Shown: positions 53,130-61,886 of the stretch, piece by piece
How positions within the stretch are numbered: the first letter of the stretch is position 1
How the letters are laid out: every line of letters begins with the position of its first letter
DNA from: an uncultured Acidimicrobiales bacterium
GTDB lineage: Bacteria; Actinomycetota; Acidimicrobiia; Acidimicrobiales; UBA10347
Length of the DNA: 64,000 nt
Assembly (NCBI GenBank): GCA_943788915.1
Contig: CALSSD010000010.1
Location: 620,001-684,000 of the forward strand
Direction of reading: 5' to 3'
Made by a program: the position numbers and the translations under genes
The notes under the pieces: generated by a model
What the model was told of the DNA's origin: nothing
The model's input: only the letters and a program-made list of their open reading frames with translations
The model's database searches: none

Positions 53130-53270
53130 CAATGCCTCTTCCATCGGGGCCGAGTGTAGAGAACGGCTTTACGTCAGGGAGATCTTGCGACTCTCAATAG
53201 GCGGTTTTCGTTACAAAATGTTGGCGTTGCCCTAGGGTTAGGCCAAGCACACTCGCATAAGGAGGACCCC

Positions 53271-53459
53271 ATGGGTCTACTTGACAAGGTAAAAGGCATG
53301 CTCAGCGGCAACGCTGACAAAGTAAAGGGCGGTCTGGAAAAGGCCGGCGACATGGTCGACGAGAAGACCGGTGGCAAGTTCACCGACAACATCGATATGG
53401 CCGAAGAGAAGATCGCTGAAGTCCTCGAGGTGGACGGCGAAGCCGAAGCTGAAGCCTGA
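53271..53459 (+). CDS. MT0933/Rv0909-like small antitoxin-family protein
   Basis: AAGGAGG RBS; MGLLDKVKG...GLEKAGDMVDEKTGGKF. Confidence 0.8.
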   Translation: MGLLDKVKGMLSGNADKVKGGLEKAGDMVDEKTGGKFTDNIDMAEEKIAEVLEVDGEAEAEA

Positions 53460-53499
53460 TCGCTGTGGCAGCGCGCCTGCCACTCCACTCATTCAAAAC

Positions 53500-53536
53500 T
53501 GAGCATGGCTGCTCTCTCTGAGGGCAGCCATGCTCA
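53500..53536. terminator. Stem-loop between convergent small genes
   Basis: tgagcatggctgc...gcagccatgctca, perfect 13-bp arms. Confidence 0.75.
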
Positions 53537-53538
53537 TG

Positions 53539-53603
53539 GTTCTAAGTCACCGTTCTAAGTCACCGTTCTAAGTCACCGTTGTACGCCACTGTTGTACGTC
53601 ACC
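53539..53603. repeat. 13-bp tandem repeat, 5 units
   Basis: GTTCTAAGTCACC x3, then GTTGTACGCCACT and GTTGTACGTCACC. Confidence 0.9.
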
Positions 53604-53687
53604 GGTTTATATCGCCCGAGCAGAGGCGGCGTCGCTTCGCTGTATCTCTGAGCGCGGTTGGACTTTGGGTGGTCTGCCGCGTCTTGG

Positions 53688-53822
53688 TTACAGGTCCGCG
53701 AGCTCAGCAAATTGCCGACGCCGCGATGCCTCAAGTGCTGCGACCCAGGCTGCGTCGTCTACTTCTCCGCCATCGTTCCATTCAGGAAGGAGAGGATCAT
53801 GTGTCGGCCGTTCATTCCTCAT
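53688..53822 (-). CDS. Putative 44-aa small protein
   Basis: MRNERPTHDPLLPEWNDGGEVDDAAWVAALEASRRRQFAELADL*; GGAAGG upstream; fills an otherwise empty gap. Confidence 0.4.
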   Translation of the reverse strand: MRNERPTHDPLLPEWNDGGEVDDAAWVAALEASRRRQFAELADL

Positions 53823-53991
53823 GCCTTCCATTCAAGACGTTGCAGCTGTTTCGTGGGTGTCGTTTAGATGACAGTGCAGTGACGGTTCGACGTGGCAGTG
53901 GCTGACCGGCCGCGGTACGTGGTCGAGGGGTCGCAGTCTGGCCCGATGCGCCTATCCGGGTTCGAGGTCGTTCGCTATGGCTGTCACAGTG

Positions 53992-54723
53992 TTATGTCCA
54001 CGGTGATGGGGTTGGTTCTTCGAATGACCACGCTCCAGGAACCATTGCCAGCCGATGTCGAGGTCCATCTGCAGTAAGGTCGCCGGTCTCATAACCCGCG
54101 TCGCCGTGCCACATGACAGTGGGTGGTTCCTTACGAGCCATCTTGGTCAGATAGAAGGGTGGTTCGCGGTCAGCGATAGCTCGCAGAGCCTGGCTGGTGG
54201 CGCTGAACGATGCCAAGTGCCGCAGCGTCACCCAGGTCGGTGGAACCAACTGCACATCGCCAGTGGCGTGTTTCGCAAGAGCTTCGGCTGGTGTCACCCA
54301 CAGGTGGTCAACGATCTCACCGCCGTCGATGGTGACGTCTCCGTCAGTGCCTGGTGGTGCCTCGGTTGCATAGAACCAAGTAGAAAAGCGGCGAGGCACC
54401 ACCAACGGCGGCATCCAATGCGAGAACGGCACAAGCTGCGACTGGTCGACGACGAGGTCGGCCTCTTCAAGAGCTTCGCGACTCGCTGCCCGACGGCTTG
54501 CGTCGACAATGTCATCGCCCGCCTGAAAGTCCTCGGGGTCGACCTTGCCGCCTGGAAAAACCCAGTTGCTCGCAAAGGTGCCTTTGGCGTTGCGTTGCAC
54601 CATCAATATCTCAGGCCCGGAGTCGCCGTCGCGGAGTGCCAGAACCGTGGCTGCAGGTGTGGCAGGGTTCGAAGCATCATGCTCATCCATCCATGCACGG
54701 AAACGTTCAGAAAGTGAAGTCAT
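53992..54723 (-). CDS. NUDIX hydrolase
   Basis: PAATVLALRD, WVFPGGKVD, AASREALEEA, HWMPP..RRFSTWFY. Confidence 0.9.
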   Translation of the reverse strand: MTSLSERFRAWMDEHDASNPATPAATVLALRDGDSGPEILMVQRNAKGTFASNWVFPGGKVDPEDFQAGDDIVDASRRAASREALEEADLVVDQSQLVPFSHWMPPLVVPRRFSTWFYATEAPPGTDGDVTIDGGEIVDHLWVTPAEALAKHATGDVQLVPPTWVTLRHLASFSATSQALRAIADREPPFYLTKMARKEPPTVMWHGDAGYETGDLTADGPRHRLAMVPGAWSFEEPTPSPWT

Positions 54724-54789
54724 CGTCGTCGAACCTACAACGTCGAGCGCTGCCGTTGGAAAGCCATGCGCAGATGCGACACTGCCAGG

Positions 54790-55263
54790 GTGGCAATCGA
54801 ACATCGAATGGTGCACTTTCGGACCAGCGACATCACCGAGGTGACCAGCGAGATCCAAGAGATCGCCGAACGAGCGAATGGGCGTGAGTGGATCACGATT
54901 TCGCCCTGGGTCGACCCCGAGCATCTGCCAGAGATTAGTCTCCTGCGCCGGATCTTCTCCGGCCGAGGTTCAAAGGTTCCCGAGGTGACATGGGTGCCAG
55001 CGGTGGGTAACGAACCCGCCCAGTTTGGGCTCTTGCATGCCCGTGGCGCGAACGCCCACGGCATTCTGGCGGACTCCGATGCTGTAATCCCGCCGACATG
55101 GATCAAGATCAGTGACCATTCGAAGCGAGGCCTGCTCTTCGGGGTCCATCCAGACACCACGCCTGGACAGGTCGTTGACTTTGCGGTCGCAGCGTCGGAG
55201 GTCCTCGCCGATGTACCGACTGATGACCGCTGGGTAGCCCAGGTTTCTACGGTCGCCCGCTAG
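54790..55263 (+). CDS. Hypothetical protein
   Basis: Plausible-composition ORF between neighbours; start uncertain (54790 or 54808). Confidence 0.6.
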   Translation: MAIEHRMVHFRTSDITEVTSEIQEIAERANGREWITISPWVDPEHLPEISLLRRIFSGRGSKVPEVTWVPAVGNEPAQFGLLHARGANAHGILADSDAVIPPTWIKISDHSKRGLLFGVHPDTTPGQVVDFAVAASEVLADVPTDDRWVAQVSTVAR

Positions 55264-55399
55264 CGACGTTCCCGTAAAGCCGGTGTGTGGCGCTGGGGCT
55301 GGGGCTTTGTGTTGGGGTATGGCGCCTCGTCGGCTGTGCGGTTCGCCCAGTGCGTTCTACACACAGAGCGTTCTAACTGTCCAGCAACGCAGACCGCAG

Positions 55400-55974
55400 C
55401 AACGGTTCGTCGAGACCAATGACCCGGCCTCGGGCTATCTCGATTGGCCCTCTCGACGCGGCCCGCCAAGCGCCTTGAACGTCCATTCACTGATGGCGTC
55501 GATGAACTGTGCCTGCTCTTCCTGGGTCAATTCGACCAGACAATCGCTGCCGCTGCCCGGGCTGAGCTCAAAGCAATCACTGAGCAATACGAGCTTTCAC
55601 CGACAGGCCTCCGAACAGTGACCGTTGGGTCATCTCGTTGATCCGTCGGCTCTGCATGCTGAGTAACGCACGTGCAACCGACGACTATGCCTCGAGGTGC
55701 CGCGTGAGCTGGCCAGGGCTCATCATCACTGCTGCTGTGGCCTCCACAGCCACAACGTCGACAGATCGACCTTCGTCGTTGAGCGTGGCCATATCGCCGA
55801 TGAACACACCAGGAGAGCGAAGCCCACAGACCGGTTCGGTCCCGGTCCCGGAAACAACCACGATCTTGACCAGCCCAGCTGTCACGTAGAAAGCCTCTTG
55901 GACCGGTCGCCGATACTCACGAGCCGGGATCGCTTCTCGAGACCGACCTTGCGGAAGGCGTTTTTCTCACCCAT
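55400..55974 (-). pseudogene. Crp/Fnr-family regulator pseudogene
   Basis: GDRS/EAFYVTAGLVKI..PGVFIGDMATLNDEGRSVDVVAVE (cNMP domain), VKARIAQ*LL, ELTQEEQAQFI (HTH); at least two frameshifts and two in-frame stops; 3' end approximate. Confidence 0.75.
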
Positions 55975-56419
55975 GTCGAATCACGATCTTGACGACGAGG
56001 TCGTCGAAGGTTGGTTCGCCCAACCCATCGCTGCATCGCACTGTGTGGACGTTGTCGGTGCTTTCAACGATCATGCCAGCGCTGCCCAGCCACGACGAGT
56101 CGACGCCGTCGAAGGACCAGCTATTCCAAATGTCGACTGACCGAGTCTTACGGCCAACTACCTCGAGGGTGACTTGTTCGGGCGATGTGTGCGTCCAGAT
56201 AGCGATCGGGGAAACGACCACACCGTTCGCCCGCAGGCTGCCCTTGTCCGCAGCAACCTTGAGTGCTTGTGCCCGCGTGGGGGACGACTCAAGACGAGTT
56301 ATCTCGATGGTGTCGCCGTCCTTGACGCTCAGCTGGAGAAGCGAATGCACAACGTCGCCCTGCCATTTGGTCTTTCGACCGTTGCCGCTGCGAAAGGCAG
56401 CCGCCAGGCTGGTGCTCAC
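55967..56419 (-). CDS. Hypothetical beta-rich protein, possibly immunity-like
   Basis: GTGA overlap with the upstream gene; IWNSW..SWLGSAGMIVE..RCSDGLGEPTFDDLVV. Confidence 0.65.
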   Translation of the reverse strand: MSTSLAAAFRSGNGRKTKWQGDVVHSLLQLSVKDGDTIEITRLESSPTRAQALKVAADKGSLRANGVVVSPIAIWTHTSPEQVTLEVVGRKTRSVDIWNSWSFDGVDSSWLGSAGMIVESTDNVHTVRCSDGLGEPTFDDLVVKIVIRHG

Positions 56420-57252
56420 GACGCGCTCCACGGATCGACCGATTCGTCGGGCCACCGCATACGGACATCTTCACAAACCGATGCCTGACGCAGGCCAGTG
56501 AGTTGCATCGCCTCGGTGCGGCCAGTGCGTGGATTAGTCCGACGAGGTGCCTTGCCCGACGCCATTCGGTCGATGTCGTCGGCATCGAAGTGTGAGCCGT
56601 GAGCCGCTTCGGCAGACGCCATCCAGAACCGCTCAGCCTTGATCGCCAGGCTCGGCTTCTGGTCGTCGATCGTGGTGTCGAGCGGCATGTCTGGGGTCCA
56701 GGTCAGGTCCGTGCTGGTTGCCGTAGACGGTGTAGCTCCCGCCGTGCCTGCGATTAGGGCGTGATCAGGCAGTTGCAGCGAGTTTGCGTCGCTCGGCGTT
56801 GGTTGAGCAGCTTTGGGCACTGCCAGGCTGTCAGTGAAGGCCGAACGGCTTGCGGTCGCTGAAGCGGCCACGTCGGAGTCGATGGTGGCCACTGGGCGAG
56901 GCGAGGGCTGGGCGGCAATGGCAACGGTGCGTTCAGCTTCGGTGGACTGGGTGGGCAGCATGGCCGATGCGAGCGGCTGAGCCATCGGGTGGTGCTGGGC
57001 CTGGGGAGAGGCCATCGGCTGGGGGCCCGGTTGGTACATGGCAAGCAGCGGTGGTTGCTGCTCGTCGAGTTCGGTAACAAATGTGGTGTTGCCGTATTCG
57101 TCAACCGGGAGTTTCTCGTCGTCGAACCGATAGATCCGGGGAATGAATCGTCGGTGCTTGAGCGGCTTGCCGATCCAATCGATCCCGATCGTCACGAGCG
57201 CGATCAACGCCATGAGGGCACTGAACACGATCATCATTTCGGCTGTACCCAT
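56416..57252 (-). CDS. Membrane-anchored protein with degenerate LHH/HNH-like C-terminal domain
   Basis: N-terminal TM helix; P/A/T/S linker; ERFW..DIDRMASGKAPRRTNPRTGRTEAMQLTGLRQ..RWPDESVDPW. Confidence 0.6.
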   Translation of the reverse strand: MGTAEMMIVFSALMALIALVTIGIDWIGKPLKHRRFIPRIYRFDDEKLPVDEYGNTTFVTELDEQQPPLLAMYQPGPQPMASPQAQHHPMAQPLASAMLPTQSTEAERTVAIAAQPSPRPVATIDSDVAASATASRSAFTDSLAVPKAAQPTPSDANSLQLPDHALIAGTAGATPSTATSTDLTWTPDMPLDTTIDDQKPSLAIKAERFWMASAEAAHGSHFDADDIDRMASGKAPRRTNPRTGRTEAMQLTGLRQASVCEDVRMRWPDESVDPWSAS

Positions 57253-57301
57253 AGCGTCTCTCAGTGATGTCTGACCTCACAGAAGAATCTAGTGTGTGGA
57301 G

Positions 57302-58078
57302 ATGCCTTCACAGATGCAGCTCAGCCGGTCGATCGTAGATCGCGTCGCCATCGTTACCGGAGCCGGGTCCGGTATGGGACGGGCGACTGCCGTTCTGCTG
57401 GTGTCCGAGGGGGCGTCGGTCGTGGCGGTCGACCGCGACGCCGATGGCTTGCAGGCGCTCTACGAACTCGTGCCCGACGGTTCGCCACTGCACCTTGTGG
57501 CGGCTGACCTGGCCGCTTCAGACGCTCCAGCGACCATTGTGTCGGCTGCCCACCAGGCGTTCGGTGAGGTCGACATCATCGTTAATGCCGCAGGCGTGTC
57601 GTTCCCGGTGGAGCTCACCGACGAGGGTTTCGCCGATGCGTGGCGGCTCACGTTCGCCGTCAACGTTGATGCCCAGGCACATCTGATCGCCGCATGTCTG
57701 GCAGATCTGCAGCGCAACGGCGACGGGCGCGTCGTAAACATCGCGTCGACCGAGGGGCTTGGAGCGACTGCTCCGATGGCCCCGTATACCGCGAGCAAAC
57801 ACGCGGTGGTTGGCCTGACCAAGTCACTCGCGGTGGAACTCGGGCCATCGGGCGTGACCGTCAACTGCATCTGCCCAGGTCCGATCAACACCGGCATGAC
57901 CGCTGACATCAAGGATGAACACAAGGCAATTTATGCCCGGCGTCGGACGGCACTGCGGCGCTACGGCGAGCCCGAAGAAGTCGCGCACATGATTCTGTCG
58001 TTGGTGCTGCCGGCCTCATCCTTCACGACCGGTGCGATCTTGACCGTCGACGGCGGCCTGTCTATTCGCAGCAACTGA
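57302..58078 (+). CDS. SDR-family oxidoreductase
   Basis: TGAGSGMG, VNAAG, NIAS, YTASK, ICPGPINT, VDGG. Confidence 0.92.
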   Translation: MPSQMQLSRSIVDRVAIVTGAGSGMGRATAVLLVSEGASVVAVDRDADGLQALYELVPDGSPLHLVAADLAASDAPATIVSAAHQAFGEVDIIVNAAGVSFPVELTDEGFADAWRLTFAVNVDAQAHLIAACLADLQRNGDGRVVNIASTEGLGATAPMAPYTASKHAVVGLTKSLAVELGPSGVTVNCICPGPINTGMTADIKDEHKAIYARRRTALRRYGEPEEVAHMILSLVLPASSFTTGAILTVDGGLSIRSN

Positions 58079-58110
58079 AAAGTTACGTCCCCAGGGGAAC
58101 CTAACTTTTC
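58077..58110. repeat. Palindromic intergenic element, copy 4
   Basis: gaaaagttacgtccccaggggaacctaacttttc between the convergent SDR and menB stops. Confidence 0.85.
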
Positions 58111-58126
58111 GCACTGCGACTAGCGG

Positions 58127-59032
58127 CTAGTAGTGGTAGGGATATGGCGCCCAGTCAGGTTCGCGTTTTTCGAGGAAGCTGTCGCGTCCCTCTTGTGCTT
58201 CGTCGGTCATGTACGCCAGCCGGGTGGCTTCGCCAGCGAAGACCTGCTGACCTACAAGGCCGTCGTCGATCAGGTTGAGTGCGAACTTGGCCATACGTTG
58301 CGCTGTTGGGCTCTTGCTGCAGATCTCGCGAGCCCATTGCAGCGCTTCGGTCTCGAGTTCGGCATGAGGGACGACAGCGTTCACGACACCTTGCACGTGC
58401 GCTTCGGCAGCGGTGTAGGTGCGGCCGAGGAAGAAGATTTCTCGGGCAAACTTCTGACCGACCTGGCGGGCGAGTAGCGCAGAACCGAAGCCACCGTCGA
58501 AGCTGGCGACGTCGGTGTCGGTCTGTTTGAAGCGGGCATGCTCTTCGCTGGCGATGGTCAGGTCGCAGGTTACGTGCAGGCTGTGCCCGCCACCGGCAGC
58601 CCAACCGGGCACTACTGCGATGACGACCTTGGGCATGAACCGGATCAGCCGTTGGCACTCGAGGATGTGCAGTCGGCCACTGCGACCGGGATCGATGGCG
58701 TCGGCAGTCTCGGCATTGTCTTCGGTATAGCGGTAGCCGTCCTTGCCGCGGATGCGTTGATCACCGCCTGAGCAGAATGCCCAACCGCCATCGCGAGGCG
58801 AGGGCCCATTTCCCGTGAGTAATACACAACCGACGTCGCTGCTCTGCCTCGCATGGTCGAGGGCCCGGTACAGCTCATCGACGGTGTGGGGCCGGAACGC
58901 ATTGCGGATCTCGGGACGGTCGAAAGCGATACGGACCGCAGGAACGTCGTTCGCACGGTGATAGGTGATATCGGTGAAGTTGAAACCGGGCACAGCAGTC
59001 CACAGGCCGGCGTCGAAAATGTCAGAAACCAT
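58127..59032 (-). CDS. menB: 1,4-dihydroxy-2-naphthoyl-CoA synthase
   Basis: FDRPEIRNAFRP, AFCSGGDQRIRG, GWAAGGGHSLH, VASFDGGFG. Confidence 0.96.
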   Translation of the reverse strand: MVSDIFDAGLWTAVPGFNFTDITYHRANDVPAVRIAFDRPEIRNAFRPHTVDELYRALDHARQSSDVGCVLLTGNGPSPRDGGWAFCSGGDQRIRGKDGYRYTEDNAETADAIDPGRSGRLHILECQRLIRFMPKVVIAVVPGWAAGGGHSLHVTCDLTIASEEHARFKQTDTDVASFDGGFGSALLARQVGQKFAREIFFLGRTYTAAEAHVQGVVNAVVPHAELETEALQWAREICSKSPTAQRMAKFALNLIDDGLVGQQVFAGEATRLAYMTDEAQEGRDSFLEKREPDWAPYPYHY

Positions 59033-59135
59033 GGGAGAGAACCTAGGACACGGTGCGCCATGCGGACTGGTTCATCACCGGGGCCATCGGCCACCAGCCA
59101 TGGTGAGCCGTCAACTCAGTTGGCGAGCGAGGTCG

Positions 59136-59357
59136 TTAGAACGCGACTTCTTCGACTTGTCCAAGTTCCCAGAACTCGTGGTTCTCGACCCATTCGGTCT
59201 CACTGGCTGTTTGGAGTAGACGTGAGGTATCTAGCGCTCGCGCAATACGGCGGTGTCGACCGAATAATTCGCTGTAGAGCCCGCTCGTGACAAGCATGCC
59301 CATGATGGATGCTTGTGTCGTAATGAAACATGCGACGAGTACGGCGGACCAAGACAT
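59136..59357 (-). CDS. Putative 73-aa single-pass membrane protein
   Basis: Hydrophobic N-terminus MSWSAVLVACFITTQASIMGMLVTSGLY, basic then acidic tail; promoter motif 9 nt upstream. Confidence 0.5.
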   Translation of the reverse strand: MSWSAVLVACFITTQASIMGMLVTSGLYSELFGRHRRIARALDTSRLLQTASETEWVENHEFWELGQVEEVAF

Positions 59358-59366
59358 AGCCAGGTG

Positions 59367-59388
59367 AATGTATTGGGTGGGTGTGACA
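59367..59388 (-). promoter_or_regulatory. RecA-NDp/PafBC-like promoter motif
   Basis: TGTCAC-acccacccaa-TACATT on the minus strand; same spacing as at recA. Confidence 0.6.
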
Positions 59389-59527
59389 TCCTCAAGTTCG
59401 GCCTGTTGCCAATGTTGTTTGTGTGGCCACAGTCATAACCAGTAGACAGATGAGCACAAATTTCTTCTGAATAGGGTCCTCACAACTACGCTGCCCACAC
59501 GGTTCCAGATAACGGGAGTAACTAGAC

Positions 59528-60646
59528 GTGGCACCACTAACCGGGCTCAAAGTGATCGAGGCGGCGAGTTTCTTGTCGGGACCGATGGCTGGCATGATGC
59601 TGGCCGACCTGGGCGCGACCGTCGTCAAAGTGGAGCCACCTCGGGGTGATCCGTACCGGCGGTTTGGTAAGCCATATGGTGATTCGTCCTTGCTCTTTAA
59701 GGCCGCTAACGGGAACAAGACCAGTATTGCTCTGGACCTGAAGAGCGAGGACGGCATCGCTTCGTTGTTCGAATTGCTTGCCGAAGCTGATGTACTCATC
59801 ACAAATTGGCGCCCATCGGTTGCCCCCAAAATGGGGCTAACGCCCGAACGGGTAAAGGCAGAGTTCCCTCGACTGATCTGGTGCCGAGTATCCGGCTACG
59901 GCCAGGACGGCCCTCGTTCTGATCTGCCGGCCTACGACGGCATCGTGCAGGCGCGATCTGGTGCGGTCATCTCGGGAACTTCTTCGCCGATGAATACCAA
60001 CAACAATGTCGCCGACAAGGTGTCGGCCATGTTCGCTGCACAAACCATCACCGCCGCGCTGCATCAGCGCGAACGAACTGGCACCGGTTCGATCTGCGAC
60101 ATGGCCATGGTCGATGCGATGGCGTACTTCTACGGTGCCGACATCAGCGCCGGACACAGAGTGGTCGAAGCCGAACCCGATACCGACGTTGCGCTGCAAG
60201 TCCTGAGCGACTCGAATTTTGAGACAGCCGAGGGGTACCTCACGTTGGCGCCCGTCACCGGACGCCAGCTGCGACGGGCCATGGAGTCCGCAGGCTGCGC
60301 CGACGCCTTCGGACAGGTCATGGATGCGCCCCGGGCCGAGACGTTCAACATGTTCGCAACCCACATTGGGCCAAAATTGATGGAGCGTGCTGCCATCGAG
60401 TGGGAAGACATCTTCGCCGAAAACGATGTACCAGCAGCTGCAGTTCGGGACTTCGCACAACACATCAGCGACCCGCAGACGGTGCACAACGGCACCTATC
60501 AGCCAGTCGCAGATGACTCGGTTGATGGCGACTGGATGTTGGTGCGGTTCCCTGCTTTCTTCGATGGCGAGGTCGCAGAAACAGCGCAACTGCCCGCACC
60601 TGCATTGGGTGAAACCGATGCAGACGGTTCTGCCATCAACGACTAA
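59528..60646 (+). CDS. CaiB/BaiF family III CoA-transferase
   Basis: PLTGLKVIE, LADLGATVVKVEPPRGD, NKTSIALDLK, SGYGQDGP, AYD. Confidence 0.92.
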   Translation: MAPLTGLKVIEAASFLSGPMAGMMLADLGATVVKVEPPRGDPYRRFGKPYGDSSLLFKAANGNKTSIALDLKSEDGIASLFELLAEADVLITNWRPSVAPKMGLTPERVKAEFPRLIWCRVSGYGQDGPRSDLPAYDGIVQARSGAVISGTSSPMNTNNNVADKVSAMFAAQTITAALHQRERTGTGSICDMAMVDAMAYFYGADISAGHRVVEAEPDTDVALQVLSDSNFETAEGYLTLAPVTGRQLRRAMESAGCADAFGQVMDAPRAETFNMFATHIGPKLMERAAIEWEDIFAENDVPAAAVRDFAQHISDPQTVHNGTYQPVADDSVDGDWMLVRFPAFFDGEVAETAQLPAPALGETDADGSAIND

Positions 60647-60687
60647 GACGCCTTGCGGTCGGTTCGCAGCGCGCTCGTAGTAGCGAC

Positions 60688-61134
60688 TCAGTCGGTGATA
60701 GGTGCCCGAATCGTGGGGTCAACGGTGGGACGGGGTGTGGGCACAACTCGCTCCAAGAACAGGCCACACTCATCGAGGGCATACTGTCGAAGTTCGGCTG
60801 ATGCCTGCTCGAGTTGTTGCTCATTGTTGGCAATGACATCACGGCGCTCGTCGCGCGCTGCCCGTTGATAGGTGCGGAAGAAACTCAGCAGGGTTCTGGT
60901 GGTGTTTGAAATTTCCTCGGGTGCGCGATCGTGTAGCTCGGCGAGCTCGATTACGACACCATCGATACGCGCTGGGTCACCGGGAACAAGTGCAGACTCG
61001 ACGCCGGAGGGTCCTGTCACTTCGACCAGCTTGTCGCAGAAGTCGGCCGACGTATGCTCGACACCAGAACACGCTGCCCCACAGAGGCTCAGTGTGAGCG
61101 CGACCAGGAAGAACCGCCACCGGCGATGAATCAA
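60688..61134 (-). CDS. Hypothetical lipoprotein
   Basis: Signal peptide with GAAC-SG lipobox; overlaps the rpe stop. Confidence 0.65.
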   Translation of the reverse strand: MIHRRWRFFLVALTLSLCGAACSGVEHTSADFCDKLVEVTGPSGVESALVPGDPARIDGVVIELAELHDRAPEEISNTTRTLLSFFRTYQRAARDERRDVIANNEQQLEQASAELRQYALDECGLFLERVVPTPRPTVDPTIRAPITD

Positions 61135-61814
61135 GCGCCAGCCTCGATCGCGCGGGCTCGAAGGTCTGCGACCGCATGTCCGAGGCCCTCAGGATCGCGA
61201 TACAACGCGCTGCCAGCGATGAAGTAGTTCGCACCTGCCTGAGCGGCCCCAGCGATGGTAGCGGGGCCGATGCCGCCATCGACTTCGATATCGACGTCAT
61301 GGCCACCAGCTTCGATCATCGCGCGGACCTGCGCCACCTTGGGTTCCATCGTGGAGATGTATGGCTGCCCGCCGAAGCCGGGGTTGACAGTCATGACCAA
61401 GACCATGTCGAGCAGATCCAACACATGCATGATCTCGGTGGCCGGTGTCGATGGATTGAGCGCCACTGCCGGGCTGGCACCGAGCTCGCGAATATGGCTC
61501 AACGTGCGATGCAAATGGTCGCACGCCTCGGCATGGACGATCAGCATCTGGCAGCCAGCCTCGACATACAGGTGCGCGAGTTCGTCCGGCTTTTCGACCA
61601 TGAGGTGAGCTTCGAACGGCCGGTCGGTCCGGTCGCGAACCGAGGCGATGACGTCGGGTCCGAACGTAAGGTTGGGCACGAAACGGCCATCCATGACATC
61701 GAACTGGAAACGATCGACACCGGCCTCGTGGAGGGCGACGACCTCGTCGCCGAGGCGGCTGAAGTCAGCGGGAAGAACCGATGGGATGATGGCGAGTGGC
61801 CGCGGTGAAGTCAC
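61131..61814 (-). CDS. rpe: Ribulose-phosphate 3-epimerase
   Basis: PSVLPADF, DVMDGRFVPNLTFG, HLMV, MTVNPGFGGQ, EVDGGI; true start about 61814. Confidence 0.95.
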   Translation of the reverse strand: MTSPRPLAIIPSVLPADFSRLGDEVVALHEAGVDRFQFDVMDGRFVPNLTFGPDVIASVRDRTDRPFEAHLMVEKPDELAHLYVEAGCQMLIVHAEACDHLHRTLSHIRELGASPAVALNPSTPATEIMHVLDLLDMVLVMTVNPGFGGQPYISTMEPKVAQVRAMIEAGGHDVDIEVDGGIGPATIAGAAQAGANYFIAGSALYRDPEGLGHAVADLRARAIEAGA

Positions 61815-61886
61815 GACGATGAAGTTAGTGCAGCGATCCTCCGTAGGATCGCCACCGCTAAGACTTTCTATGCGTAGCCTCGCCAC

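Noticed and set aside
53539..53603. Possible CRISPR array
   Set aside because: 13-bp head-to-tail units with no spacers; no cas genes in the window
17753..58110. Palindromic elements as CRISPR repeats or IS ends
   Set aside because: They are dispersed rather than arrayed, with no transposase between copies and no target-site duplications identified
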